Assembly: GCA_963793265.1 (NCBI GenBank)
Contig: CAWBZI010000007.1
Span: forward strand, 288,001 to 352,000
From: an uncultured cyanobacterium
Lineage (GTDB): Bacteria > Cyanobacteriota > Cyanobacteriia > Phormidesmidales > Phormidesmidaceae
Direction: 5' to 3'
Length of the DNA: 64,000 nucleotides
Shown here: positions 20,933-30,160 of the stretch, in pieces
How positions within the stretch are numbered: position 1 is the first letter of the stretch
How the letters are laid out: every line of letters starts with the position of its first letter
The notes under the pieces: generated by a model
What the model saw: the letters and a program-made list of their open reading frames with translations, nothing else
What the model was told of the DNA's origin: nothing
Databases searched by the model: none
Translations under genes and position numbers: made by a program

Positions 20933-22021
20933 ATGAAATCATCTCCAGATTCGTTCCCAAACTCACCTCGATCTTCAATCAATTCTTCAGAGGTGCTCTC
21001 GCAATTTTGGGAGGAGATGCTTCTCAAAATTGACGCTGATAAAATTCCCGTCGCACTGAAAAGAATAGAGAAGTGGACAAGCACTCAGCCTGAGCTAACA
21101 AGCGTACTCTGTGGCTATGTTATGCGGTATGCTGAGCAGCTTAAAGGAAATCAGGTAGAGGCGGCTATAGACAGAATCGTTCGACAGCATATTGTTGACG
21201 ATTGGGAGCACGGCGCATTAGCCCTTCATTTTAATAGAATCAAGCAGACGCTTTTAAGTCACGATCGCAAAGATTCCTTGCTAATTGAGTACATCCGAAT
21301 TTTGCAGCGGGGGAGCGTTCCGGCAAACAATACTTCGGAGCAGTTCGTTTTGCTGCGCTCTGGTCTAGTTGAGATAGAGCGAGGAAGCTTGAAGGTAGCG
21401 AACTCTACCTATGCAGAAGTTTTCGATCTGAGCTGGGTAGAGCAGCAAATTCCGGGTATCACTAAGCCTGTGGCTATTATTTCGCCCAGTGCCGCCAGCA
21501 ATCGCCCTTCAGCTTTATCTAAACTGTATTCCAAAGTAGCGATCGCAGCGTGTGGCATTGCCTTATTAGGTGCGGCAGTTTCTTCGTATATGAAAGAATC
21601 AGGCGGACAGGCGATCGCAATTAGCGAATCTGGTAGCCAGCTACTTGTCGATCAGCCGGTCGTTGAATCGCGCATTAGCCAGTCGGAAGAAGCCTCTGCC
21701 TCAGTGCCCGCGCCAATAGTCTCTGAACCAGCAGCCTCTGAATCTGCTAGCACCAGTACGCTAGCGATGACACAGAATACAGAGATACAGAATACAGAGA
21801 CACAGAAAGCATTCTTTGATAATGGTGAGGAGCACGCTAAGAACAGTCGCTGGGTGCTGATGATGAGACAGTTTTGCGGCCTTTCGCCCGATTCTATCTA
21901 TTTTTTACCCGCTCAGAAGCATTTAGACCAGTGGAGCGTTTTGTACCCCGATGATATTCAGATTGCAAAAGATATTGTAATGCAGGAAAAATCGGGAAAT
22001 TGCGCGATCGCTACGGAATAA
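20933..22021 (+). CDS. Membrane-anchored protein with an AAA_35/STAND-like post-ATPase helical region but no P-loop
   Basis: WTSTQPELTSVLC, IVRQHIVDDWE, LLRSGLV, LKVANSTYAEVFDLSWV resemble the helical region after cyanobacterial AAA_35 domains; one TM helix; Ser/Ala-rich linker. Confidence 0.6.
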   Translation: MKSSPDSFPNSPRSSINSSEVLSQFWEEMLLKIDADKIPVALKRIEKWTSTQPELTSVLCGYVMRYAEQLKGNQVEAAIDRIVRQHIVDDWEHGALALHFNRIKQTLLSHDRKDSLLIEYIRILQRGSVPANNTSEQFVLLRSGLVEIERGSLKVANSTYAEVFDLSWVEQQIPGITKPVAIISPSAASNRPSALSKLYSKVAIAACGIALLGAAVSSYMKESGGQAIAISESGSQLLVDQPVVESRISQSEEASASVPAPIVSEPAASESASTSTLAMTQNTEIQNTETQKAFFDNGEEHAKNSRWVLMMRQFCGLSPDSIYFLPAQKHLDQWSVLYPDDIQIAKDIVMQEKSGNCAIATE

Positions 22022-23546
22022 TGGCGGGGGCGGCCCCTTTTTCTTCCATCTCTATCGGGACTCTCAAGCCCAGTCTGCTGATATGCAGTAAGTAGGTAAG
22101 CAGCGAAACTTTTGTACGGTTCGTTGTGACGTAGCTTGTTTTTATTTTCTCTAGCTGTTGCTTGCTAATTCTTTCAGAGCTAGGGCTTGATATATACAGC
22201 AGTAAGCCTACACAAGTCCACGCTATAAAGCTCAAAGTAGCAACCGTTGCAGAAACGCTGATCCACCCTACAACTTGATACAAAACCTGTGACACCCGGC
22301 GGTAGTTATCTATTTGATATTCGCTAGAGCTAGAACTAGCAAATAACCCGACTGCTAGCGTACCCCAGCCGCCACAAACTAAATGAACAGGAATAGCCCC
22401 GACAGGATCGTCAATTCTCCAATCGGTTAGCCGATTTTCGGCATATAGCACCAGCAAGCCACTGACGGCTCCGATGACAACCGCTATGCCGATACTCACG
22501 TAGGCAGACGAAGCGGTGATGCCAACTAGGCCACCTAAAATGCCATTGATAATAGAGTAGAGCCTGGCTTTACGGTCGGTGGCAAACGGGCTAAAAATGA
22601 CGGCACCCAAGCCACCTGCTGCGGCTGAGAAGAAGGTTGTGGTCAAAATATGAGGGACATATTCGAGGCTAGCTGTTGAGCCGCCGTTGAATCCGAACCA
22701 GCCTAGCCAGAGGATGAGGCATCCCAAGGTGGCTAAGCTGAGGTTGTAGGGCTGAAATCTTTTGGCGTCTTCTACAGCTACAAATTTTTGGGTGTTTGCC
22801 TGATAGCCAAACTTGCCCTGTCTGGGGCCAACTATCAGTGCGCCAATTAGGGCAGCGATGCCGCCGACTGAATGGACGACAGTAGAGCCCGCGAAGTCTC
22901 GGAACTGTATAGGCACGGATGATAGCCAGCCGCCGCCCCAAACCCAGTAGCCTGCAATGGGGTAGATAAAGCCTACGAGCAAAAAGCTGAACAGGATAAA
23001 GGCCCAGAACTTGATGCGCTCGGCTACTGCGCCAGAGACAATGGTGGCTGCGGTGCCTGCAAACACTAGCTGAAAGAAGAAAAGGGCTGCAAATGACCTG
23101 CCGGGCCAGGCGATCGCTAAATTACGAAAGCCCGGTGGAAATGGATTAGGAACACTGGCAGAGGGAAAGGGAAAATCGACTAGGAACCCGATCTGTCCGA
23201 TGACTGCGCTGGTGCTGTCGCCAAACATGAACCTGAAGCCAAATAGCCAGAAGGCGAAGGTTGCAATACAAAAGACGATAAGATTCTTGGCGAGGACATT
23301 GATAGCATTGCGGGTGCGACAGAAGCCGGTTTCGAGCATGGCAAAGCCAGCGTTCATAAAAAACACGAGCGCGGCGGCAATTAGTAGCCAAATGGTGCCG
23401 ACTGGATCAAAGGTATTGGCGATCGCTGTCTCTTGGGCTACAGATTTGCTAGCAAATACAAGCAGCAAAATAACTGATAGAGCCAAGCACGCATTGAAAG
23501 AAACAGAAGCGAGGGCGTTGCGTAATAATTTTCGCGGGCGAAACAT
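22011..23546 (-). CDS. amt: Ammonium transporter
   Basis: FFMNAGFAMLETG, ATIVSGAVAER, DFAGSTVVH, WLGWFGFNGGS, DDPVGAIPVH (both pore His present). Confidence 0.95.
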   Translation of the reverse strand: MFRPRKLLRNALASVSFNACLALSVILLLVFASKSVAQETAIANTFDPVGTIWLLIAAALVFFMNAGFAMLETGFCRTRNAINVLAKNLIVFCIATFAFWLFGFRFMFGDSTSAVIGQIGFLVDFPFPSASVPNPFPPGFRNLAIAWPGRSFAALFFFQLVFAGTAATIVSGAVAERIKFWAFILFSFLLVGFIYPIAGYWVWGGGWLSSVPIQFRDFAGSTVVHSVGGIAALIGALIVGPRQGKFGYQANTQKFVAVEDAKRFQPYNLSLATLGCLILWLGWFGFNGGSTASLEYVPHILTTTFFSAAAGGLGAVIFSPFATDRKARLYSIINGILGGLVGITASSAYVSIGIAVVIGAVSGLLVLYAENRLTDWRIDDPVGAIPVHLVCGGWGTLAVGLFASSSSSEYQIDNYRRVSQVLYQVVGWISVSATVATLSFIAWTCVGLLLYISSPSSERISKQQLEKIKTSYVTTNRTKVSLLTYLLHISRLGLRVPIEMEEKGAAPAIIP

Positions 23547-23681
23547 AGAAACGATAGTTTTTTGTGAAAGGTGCAGATAGTCAGGAAAGCGGCTATAGCT
23601 TAGGCTCTATAGTATTATGCTGAGCACCCTTAAGCTATTTGAAAGGGGGTATAAATTGGCACTTTGTATGTAAGGCGGCTT

Positions 23682-25016
23682 ATGGAAGTTTTGGAGCAAT
23701 TGAAGTCGGGTCAGCTAGCCGGGCAAAGGGCGCTGAAGATATCGGCTGAGCTAACGGAATTTCCTGTAGAAATTTTTGACTTGGCAGAGTCATTGGAGCT
23801 ATTGGTGCTCTCGAATAATTCGCTAAGCACGCTGCCTGAAGATTTTGGCCGATTGAAAAAGCTCAAGCGTGTCTTTTTTAACAACAATGCGTTTGAAACG
23901 TTCCCGGCGGTACTGGCTGAGTGCCCGGCGCTTTCAATGATTAGCTTCAAGAGCAACAAAATAAAAACAGTTCAAGCAGGCACCTTATCACCGGCTATTC
24001 GCTGGTTGATACTAACGGATAATTTGCTTGAGGCACTACCGGCTGATATCGGTCAGCTAAGTAAACTGCAAAAGCTGATGCTGGCGGGCAACCGGCTCCA
24101 GGCTTTGCCCAACGAGCTAGCGAACTGTCAGAATTTAGAATTAATTCGACTGTCGGCAAATCAGCTTGAGACGATACCGCGCTGGCTGTTTTCACTACCG
24201 CGTTTGTCTTGGCTAGCTTACGCAGGCAATCCTTTTAACAGTCATAAGACTATTGCTGCTGGCGCCGCACAGAGTACTCTACCAGTCGTGCCTGAAGATG
24301 AGGTACCGCTAGGGAAGATTTTGGGAAAAGGCGCTTCGGGCGTTATTTATAAAGGCGCGTGGCGTTCAGACTTGGCGGCAGAAGAGACGGTGGCCGTTAA
24401 GGTCTTTAAAGGAGAGATCACCAGTGATGGTTTGCCAGCCGACGAAATGCAGGCTTGTATGGCAGCAGGAGCGCATCCTAATCTGGTTACGGTACTGGGT
24501 AAGTTGGACAGTCCTGAAAAAGCAGGCTTGATATTTTCTTTTCTCTCCGCTGACTATGAAAATCTGGGCGACCCACCAGATTTAGATTCTTGCACAAGGG
24601 ATACTTACGATGAGACAGTTTCCTTTACATTGCCAGTTGTTTTAAATATTGCTCAAGGCATTGCAGCGGCGGTCTTACATCTTCATACAAGAGGAATTAT
24701 GCATGGGGATTTGTATGCTCACAACATATTGATTGATAAAACTGGCAAAAGTATCTTAGGCGATTTTGGCGCGGCGTCTTTTTATAATGTTGCTGATGAA
24801 AGCATGGGCAAAGCACTACAGCAGCTAGAGTCTAGAGCTTTTGGCTGCTTATTAGAAGATTTGTTGGATCGCTGTGTTTTAGAGAATGACAATTCATCTA
24901 CTGCTTGCTTTGATGGATTGAGACAGTTGCAAGTGGATTGTATGAAACACAAGCCGGATGAAAGACCTTTGTTTTCAACGATTTGCGAAAATATAGACCA
25001 GTTAGAGAGGGTTTAA
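23682..25016 (+). CDS. Leucine-rich repeat + protein kinase domain protein
   Basis: LxxLxLxxNxL repeats, then GKGASG, VAVKVFK, HGDLYAHN, DFG. Confidence 0.9.
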   Translation: MEVLEQLKSGQLAGQRALKISAELTEFPVEIFDLAESLELLVLSNNSLSTLPEDFGRLKKLKRVFFNNNAFETFPAVLAECPALSMISFKSNKIKTVQAGTLSPAIRWLILTDNLLEALPADIGQLSKLQKLMLAGNRLQALPNELANCQNLELIRLSANQLETIPRWLFSLPRLSWLAYAGNPFNSHKTIAAGAAQSTLPVVPEDEVPLGKILGKGASGVIYKGAWRSDLAAEETVAVKVFKGEITSDGLPADEMQACMAAGAHPNLVTVLGKLDSPEKAGLIFSFLSADYENLGDPPDLDSCTRDTYDETVSFTLPVVLNIAQGIAAAVLHLHTRGIMHGDLYAHNILIDKTGKSILGDFGAASFYNVADESMGKALQQLESRAFGCLLEDLLDRCVLENDNSSTACFDGLRQLQVDCMKHKPDERPLFSTICENIDQLERV

Positions 25017-25098
25017 TCAGGTCATAAATACTTCGATCCACCGATGAAGTGCTACTTTTTAAGTTGTTTGCCAAGCTGTTTTTCTTTAGAGAGTTACC

Positions 25099-25779
25099 AT
25101 GGAACGCTACGTCAAGGCCGATCCTTATCCTTATCCCTATAACGGTGATTTACGACCTGAAAATACGGTGCTGATCGTCATTGATATGCAAACTGACTTT
25201 TGCGGTGAGGGTGGCTACGTCGATAAGATGGGCTATGACTTGACGCTGACTCGGGCACCGATTGAGCCTCTGCAAAAGCTGCTAGGGGTGATGAGAGCGC
25301 AGGGGTTTCATATTATGCATACAAGGGAAGGTCATCGGCCAGATTTGGCAGATTTGCCTGAGAATAAGCAGTGGCGATCGCGTCAAATTGGCGCAGGCAT
25401 CGGCGATCCTGGCCCCTGTGGCAAGATACTCGTGCGCGGTGAAGCGGGATGGGAAATTATTCCTGAGCTAGCGCCTCTACCGGGCGAGGCCGTTATTGAC
25501 AAACCGGGCAAAGGTGCTTTTTTCGCAACAGATTTAGACCTGTTACTGCGCGGTAAAGGCATACAAAATGTTGTGCTTACAGGAATTACAACAGATGTAT
25601 GTGTACACACAACCATGCGTGAGGCGAACGATCGCGGCTATGAATGCCTGGTACTTTCCGACTGCACGGGCGCAACCGATTACGGCAACTATTTAGCCGC
25701 GCTTAAGATGATTAAAATGCAGGGCGGCGTGTTTGGAACAGTGGCAACTTCAGCAAATCTGATTGAGGCAATCTCCTAA
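25099..25779 (+). CDS. biuH: Biuret hydrolase (cysteine hydrolase/isochorismatase family)
   Basis: [33 protein letters not shown] (Asp-Lys-Cys triad) and KMQGGVFG match the BiuH signature as I recall it. Confidence 0.85.
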   Translation: MERYVKADPYPYPYNGDLRPENTVLIVIDMQTDFCGEGGYVDKMGYDLTLTRAPIEPLQKLLGVMRAQGFHIMHTREGHRPDLADLPENKQWRSRQIGAGIGDPGPCGKILVRGEAGWEIIPELAPLPGEAVIDKPGKGAFFATDLDLLLRGKGIQNVVLTGITTDVCVHTTMREANDRGYECLVLSDCTGATDYGNYLAALKMIKMQGGVFGTVATSANLIEAIS

Positions 25780-25789
25780 CGGTGCTCTC

Positions 25790-26776
25790 TTAATATTGCA
25801 CCTTAAAGCTGTTGCGACTATCCACTGTCAAGGTCGCAGCGCAAAGATCTAGATCGTTCCAGTCTAGCGGCAGATAGTTGCCGCCGAGCTGAAGCGTTAG
25901 GTTAACGTCGCAGCCGTTGCTGAGAGGAACGGTTTGAGACTGGCCGATTGCGAGTGGGCCGTTAAGGACGTTGGCACCGGCTATTTTGAGCGATCGCAGC
26001 TCGACCGTACCATTGTTAACCACCGTGAACTGGCGATCAGCAGCGGCAGCACCTCTAGGGGCGTTGGCATAGTTAATCACACAGACGCTCCGATAGGTCG
26101 CGTGGGTACTACAGCCCGCGCCTGCCATCGCCCAGCTTGGCCGAAAGATGTTTGTTCTATGACCGCGATCGGCAACCCCGTCATCCACAATCAGGTTTAC
26201 CATAATGTCTTGTGCGTCTGTCGGGCCGTAGGCAATGTTCTCACCAACGCCTGCATTTTCGACGTTGAAGCGAGCCACGCGATCAGAAGGTCTGCTGCCG
26301 TCTGAGCCGGTATGACCAAAGTTGCCGTTGCGCTGATCGTAAGCGTGAGCCTTAGCCGCCTGAGCAATGCCATCGGAGGCTGATAATGCGCCGACCGCCG
26401 TTTGATTTTCTAGAAAGCGGATGGCTTCTTCTACAGCGGGCCTACCTTCATTCGTCGTGAGCGTACAGTTGCGCCCGCATCCGTTAGGAATGTTGCCCTG
26501 TCGGTTCATGCTGGCTAAGCGCGCTTCTAGTATGGGAATGTAGCTTTGAGGATTTTGGCGAACGCGGTTGTGCTCAGCAATCAAGTTTTGCTCTACAGTT
26601 GCCCAGTCAGAGGTTTGGGCTTGAGCTGTATTAGTCGATGCGAGTGAATTAAACTGCTGAGCGGGGTAGCCACAGGCAGTCGCAACGAGTGCAGCCGGTA
26701 GCGCTATAGCAAGCTTCCATTTGTGAGGGAGTAGAGCCGATAGCTGGCTAGATAGCTGGGGTTTGAGCACTTTCAT
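25790..26776 (-). CDS. CAP/SCP domain lipoprotein
   Basis: Lipobox-like LVATAC; EHNRVR, HTGSDG, GENIAYG, VDDGVADRGHRTNIF. Confidence 0.88.
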   Translation of the reverse strand: MKVLKPQLSSQLSALLPHKWKLAIALPAALVATACGYPAQQFNSLASTNTAQAQTSDWATVEQNLIAEHNRVRQNPQSYIPILEARLASMNRQGNIPNGCGRNCTLTTNEGRPAVEEAIRFLENQTAVGALSASDGIAQAAKAHAYDQRNGNFGHTGSDGSRPSDRVARFNVENAGVGENIAYGPTDAQDIMVNLIVDDGVADRGHRTNIFRPSWAMAGAGCSTHATYRSVCVINYANAPRGAAAADRQFTVVNNGTVELRSLKIAGANVLNGPLAIGQSQTVPLSNGCDVNLTLQLGGNYLPLDWNDLDLCAATLTVDSRNSFKVQY

Positions 26777-26837
26777 TAAAAGCAATCTTCTATTTAGGGC
26801 GACTTATGGCGACAAACTAGCATTGTAAATGCACTAC

Positions 26838-26868
26838 AAAAAATTACCAGGATCAACAGTCCGGTAAT
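26838..26868 (-). terminator. Probable intrinsic terminator downstream of the Rieske/AH_C/nuclease genes
   Basis: Minus strand ATTACCGGA-CTGTTGA-TCCTGGTAAT followed by a T-run. Confidence 0.5.
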
Positions 26869-26930
26869 GAAGCGTCTAGGACAAATAATTTAATGACACA
26901 CTGTTGCCTTTTCTACCGTATGGCATTGCG

Positions 26931-27563
26931 CTATTGAGTAACGATATGCTTTCCTAGCCGCTTCAGAACTTGAAAAACGGAATAGAGTTCATTGCCTGGA
27001 TTGACTAGAGAAAACAGCCTGGAGTTGGCGTATTCTGGACTTGTCAGGCGAGATGACTTAAGGAACAAAAACTCGCTTCCGTTGGTAATCATTCCGAATG
27101 TTGGCTGCTGTCGTTCTGGGTTTGCCAGCATGTAGGCAAGTGCTTGTGGAAGCGCTCTAGTCACTGCAAAATCACTTCGCTTAGATTCAATCACTAGCAG
27201 CCATAAACGTTGCCTTAAGACTAAGACATCAATGCGGCCTCGAATAACAACGCCGTCATCCTGCATTTGGATCTTTGTGCTGGTTTCTGTTTCTATACGA
27301 AAGGGCTGCTGGTAAAAACCACACAGATCTAGAAGGGGTGCGAGCACTACCATCTTGACGCTATTTTCAAGCATCGGCGGGTCGTCCATTAGCGCTATAA
27401 AATTCGACTTTACGCGGTCTAACAGTACTTGTTCTATCTCTGTAGGTGTAGCAGAGGCTTCTGTCCATTCAGGAAAAAAATCAGGATCTTGAGAGGCCTG
27501 CAAACCAAACGCCTGCTTTAGCTGCCGCAAGGTAGCTTCGGTTGCTGGTATTGCTCGCACCAT
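26931..27563 (-). CDS. Stand-alone PD-(D/E)XK protein resembling the type I restriction HsdR N-terminal domain
   Basis: ENSVKMVVLAPLL, RGRIDVLVL, LVIESKR, PQALAYM, GMITNGSEF. Confidence 0.75.
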   Translation of the reverse strand: MVRAIPATEATLRQLKQAFGLQASQDPDFFPEWTEASATPTEIEQVLLDRVKSNFIALMDDPPMLENSVKMVVLAPLLDLCGFYQQPFRIETETSTKIQMQDDGVVIRGRIDVLVLRQRLWLLVIESKRSDFAVTRALPQALAYMLANPERQQPTFGMITNGSEFLFLKSSRLTSPEYANSRLFSLVNPGNELYSVFQVLKRLGKHIVTQ

Positions 27564-27599
27564 CTGGTTTATCCTGCTTTTGTAGCCTATGAATCTAAA

Positions 27600-28001
27600 T
27601 CATACGTTCTTTCCTGATTTTAATGCTGCCTGATAAGCTCGCCAGCCGCCATACTGCGTGATTTCTTTTTTACCTTCTACTGTCAAAGGTTCACCGATAA
27701 CGCCGAGCACTTCTTCGTTATCCTCTAACGTCAGCTTACCGATGGCAAGGCCGGGCGGTTCTTGGGAAAGGATAATGCCCAAGCCTGCAAGCGGAACATT
27801 CCACACTTCTAAAGCAACAGAAACGCCGCCTTCTTTCACTTTAATCATGGCGGGATAGTCATCGTCTATTGACCAGATTCGATAGCTGGGTTCTGTTTTA
27901 GCTTCTCGCTCAAAGGTAGAACCTACGTTGAGCATGTTTGGGTTGAGCGAAAGACCCTTCATTAGCGTACCGTTGACGGCTAGCTTTAGCGTGTCTGTCA
28001 T
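27600..28001 (-). CDS. Stand-alone allophanate hydrolase C-terminal domain-like (GGCT-fold) protein
   Basis: LAVNGTLMKGLSLN, LEVW, EPPGLAIGKLTL, EITQYGGWRAY resemble the C-domain of AtzF/Dur1,2. Confidence 0.75.
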   Translation of the reverse strand: MTDTLKLAVNGTLMKGLSLNPNMLNVGSTFEREAKTEPSYRIWSIDDDYPAMIKVKEGGVSVALEVWNVPLAGLGIILSQEPPGLAIGKLTLEDNEEVLGVIGEPLTVEGKKEITQYGGWRAYQAALKSGKNV

Positions 28002-28003
28002 AG

Positions 28004-29134
28004 TTATGTGGTGTATAGCTTACTTAAGCCTAGCTTAGCGAGTCCTTTTCGATAGATAATAGAGGTTTGGTCAGCTTCGATGTGCGTTTCAGCTCGCAAG
28101 TCGAGTGGGAGATCTTCAGGGTATTGAGCTTCAACAATTACTTTGTCTTCATTAAAGATTTGGTAGTTAAATTCATAGACAGGTTCTAGGGGCTGATCTT
28201 GATCGAAGTTGCGGCAGATAGGGCTAAAAACACGAGTTTTGCGGGCGGAGATAGGAGAGGCGGCGTTGAGGATACACAGACGACCTTCGTTGGGAAAATG
28301 AACCCGAAGCAGAGCGGTGAATGGGAGGAAAACGGTGAAGTCTCGCAGCCATTGAAAGTCTTTAGGCGCGAGGTGCTGAAGGCTTTTGGGGAAGTTGCTG
28401 ACGCTGCTGAGATATTTGGCTCGCAGGCCGCGCGGGGTAGAGGAGACTTCGTAGCGGGGGACGATGGGATTGTTGCGATCGCCAAAAGAGTCTCCATGTA
28501 CCCAGGCAAAATGAGCCACATCTAAAAAGCCCTCCATCTGCCTACCTGCTGCCGCTTCTACCGCAATTGAATCTGGTAGAATTTGCTGGTAGCCCGCGTC
28601 TGTCCATTCAGGGTACACAGGCAAAGCGTCTTTGTTGTTTTGACCCGCTAGCGTTGTCCACACCAAACCATAGGCTTCTTGAACAGGATAGGTTTTGAGG
28701 CATAGCTTGCTAGGAATACTGGCCTGCGGGCTAGCGGGTATGAGCGTACACTGGCCCGTGTTGTTGTAGTGAAAGCCGTGATATCTACAGATGAGCTGAT
28801 CTTGTTCGATCAGGCCCATGCTTAACGGAACGCCCCTATGCAAGCAGATATCGTTGGCAACAGAAATCCCTTCAGCAGTACGCCAAACGACGAGACGCTG
28901 ATCGAGCAGTGTGGCGGCAACGGGCGAGTTTTGGACGTTGTGGCTATAGGCGATGGGATACCAAAAAGGGGCGATCGCATCCCAGTCGGTTTCAGAAAAC
29001 GTGCAGTCTTTAGGATAAGTTGTTCTGATTTCATCGCTCGCTTTGTTTCTTACTTGACTGACCACTCGACTGACCACACACATCACCTCTCTATCAACAG
29101 CGTTCTTTTTTCGCCAATAGCAGTACCATAACAA
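28004..29134 (-). CDS. Rieske non-heme iron oxygenase alpha subunit (VanA/NdmA-like)
   Basis: CLHRG...CRYHG Rieske ligands; EGFLDVAHFAWVH iron motif; IFNED. The true start is probably downstream of 29134. Confidence 0.9.
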   Translation of the reverse strand: MLWYCYWRKKNAVDREVMCVVSRVVSQVRNKASDEIRTTYPKDCTFSETDWDAIAPFWYPIAYSHNVQNSPVAATLLDQRLVVWRTAEGISVANDICLHRGVPLSMGLIEQDQLICRYHGFHYNNTGQCTLIPASPQASIPSKLCLKTYPVQEAYGLVWTTLAGQNNKDALPVYPEWTDAGYQQILPDSIAVEAAAGRQMEGFLDVAHFAWVHGDSFGDRNNPIVPRYEVSSTPRGLRAKYLSSVSNFPKSLQHLAPKDFQWLRDFTVFLPFTALLRVHFPNEGRLCILNAASPISARKTRVFSPICRNFDQDQPLEPVYEFNYQIFNEDKVIVEAQYPEDLPLDLRAETHIEADQTSIIYRKGLAKLGLSKLYTT

Positions 29135-29155
29135 CTGCGGTTTATTATTTCCACG

Positions 29156-30115
29156 ATGCCTTCAGATGCTTCAGCACCCCTCAAAGATACGGCTGCTCGT
29201 TCAGACGATCTGTCTCAAAAGACACCAGAACAATCATTGATCTTAGGCGCTGGTCTAATTACATTCGGCTTTTTAGCAAATACAATACAGGGCGCTTTGG
29301 GGAAAGTGGCTCAAGAGACAATCGGCCCCGGTCAATTCTTATGGCTGCTAATTTTATTAGCGCTGGCCGTGCTAATGCCCTTTGAAGCAATCAGACGCGG
29401 GCAAGACCTGAAGGCGGGTTTTAACGCCCAGATACTGCCCTACTATCTAATGCGAGCCGTGTTTGGTCTGTGTGGTTTCTATCTATTTATTTGGGCGGCG
29501 GGGTTAGGCAGCTTGGTAAGTGCAAACGTGCTGCTCAATACAACGCCGATTTTTATCCCAGTGATTGGTGCGGTGGTGCTAGGTAAGCAAATTTCACTGA
29601 AGCTGTGGGGTGCGATCGCCATTGGCTTTATCGGCTTACTCCTCGTCGTGCAGCCCAACGCCGAACTGCTCCGAAATCCTGCAAATCTGATTGGCTTAGG
29701 CGCTGGCCTTTCAGCTGCTATTGAGTTTTTGACCGTACGCAAAATCAGCGAAACGCAGTCACCGCTCGGCCAAACGCTCTACTATCTACTCATCGGCGCT
29801 ATTCTCACTGCGCCGATCGCGCTATGGCAATGGCAGCCCTTAGAAACAAGCACCGTAGGCTTCGTCGTTGCTGCCGCTGCTGCTTTTCTCACCTTTCAGC
29901 TACTACTCGTGAAAGCCTACCGCTACGCCGAGCCCCATCAGATAGGCGTTTTTCAGTACAGTAGCGTCATTTTTTCTGCCATCATTGGCTGGTTGTTCTT
30001 TAACGAAATTCCCAACGCCCTTTCTATCGGCGGTATGGTGTTAATAACGGTAGGTGGGGCGCTGGCTATATATCTAGAGCAAAAACCGCAGGTACAAGAA
30101 AGCCGAGGGAACTAA
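29156..30115 (+). CDS. DMT/EamA family transporter
   Basis: About 10 TM segments in two EamA-like halves; NTTPIF, AYRYAE, FQYSSVIFSAIIGWLFFNEIP. Confidence 0.9.
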   Translation: MPSDASAPLKDTAARSDDLSQKTPEQSLILGAGLITFGFLANTIQGALGKVAQETIGPGQFLWLLILLALAVLMPFEAIRRGQDLKAGFNAQILPYYLMRAVFGLCGFYLFIWAAGLGSLVSANVLLNTTPIFIPVIGAVVLGKQISLKLWGAIAIGFIGLLLVVQPNAELLRNPANLIGLGAGLSAAIEFLTVRKISETQSPLGQTLYYLLIGAILTAPIALWQWQPLETSTVGFVVAAAAAFLTFQLLLVKAYRYAEPHQIGVFQYSSVIFSAIIGWLFFNEIPNALSIGGMVLITVGGALAIYLEQKPQVQESRGN

Positions 30116-30160
30116 GTGGTCAGCTTAGAACCCCTCAGCGGTTAACCGTCATAGGCAAAA

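Noticed and set aside
26824..26838. NtcA box upstream of the CAP-domain gene (TGTA-AATGCAC-TACA)
   Set aside because: The spacer is 7 nt, not the required 8.
26931..27563. Type I restriction-modification system
   Set aside because: Only a small nuclease-like domain; no hsdM, hsdS or helicase nearby.
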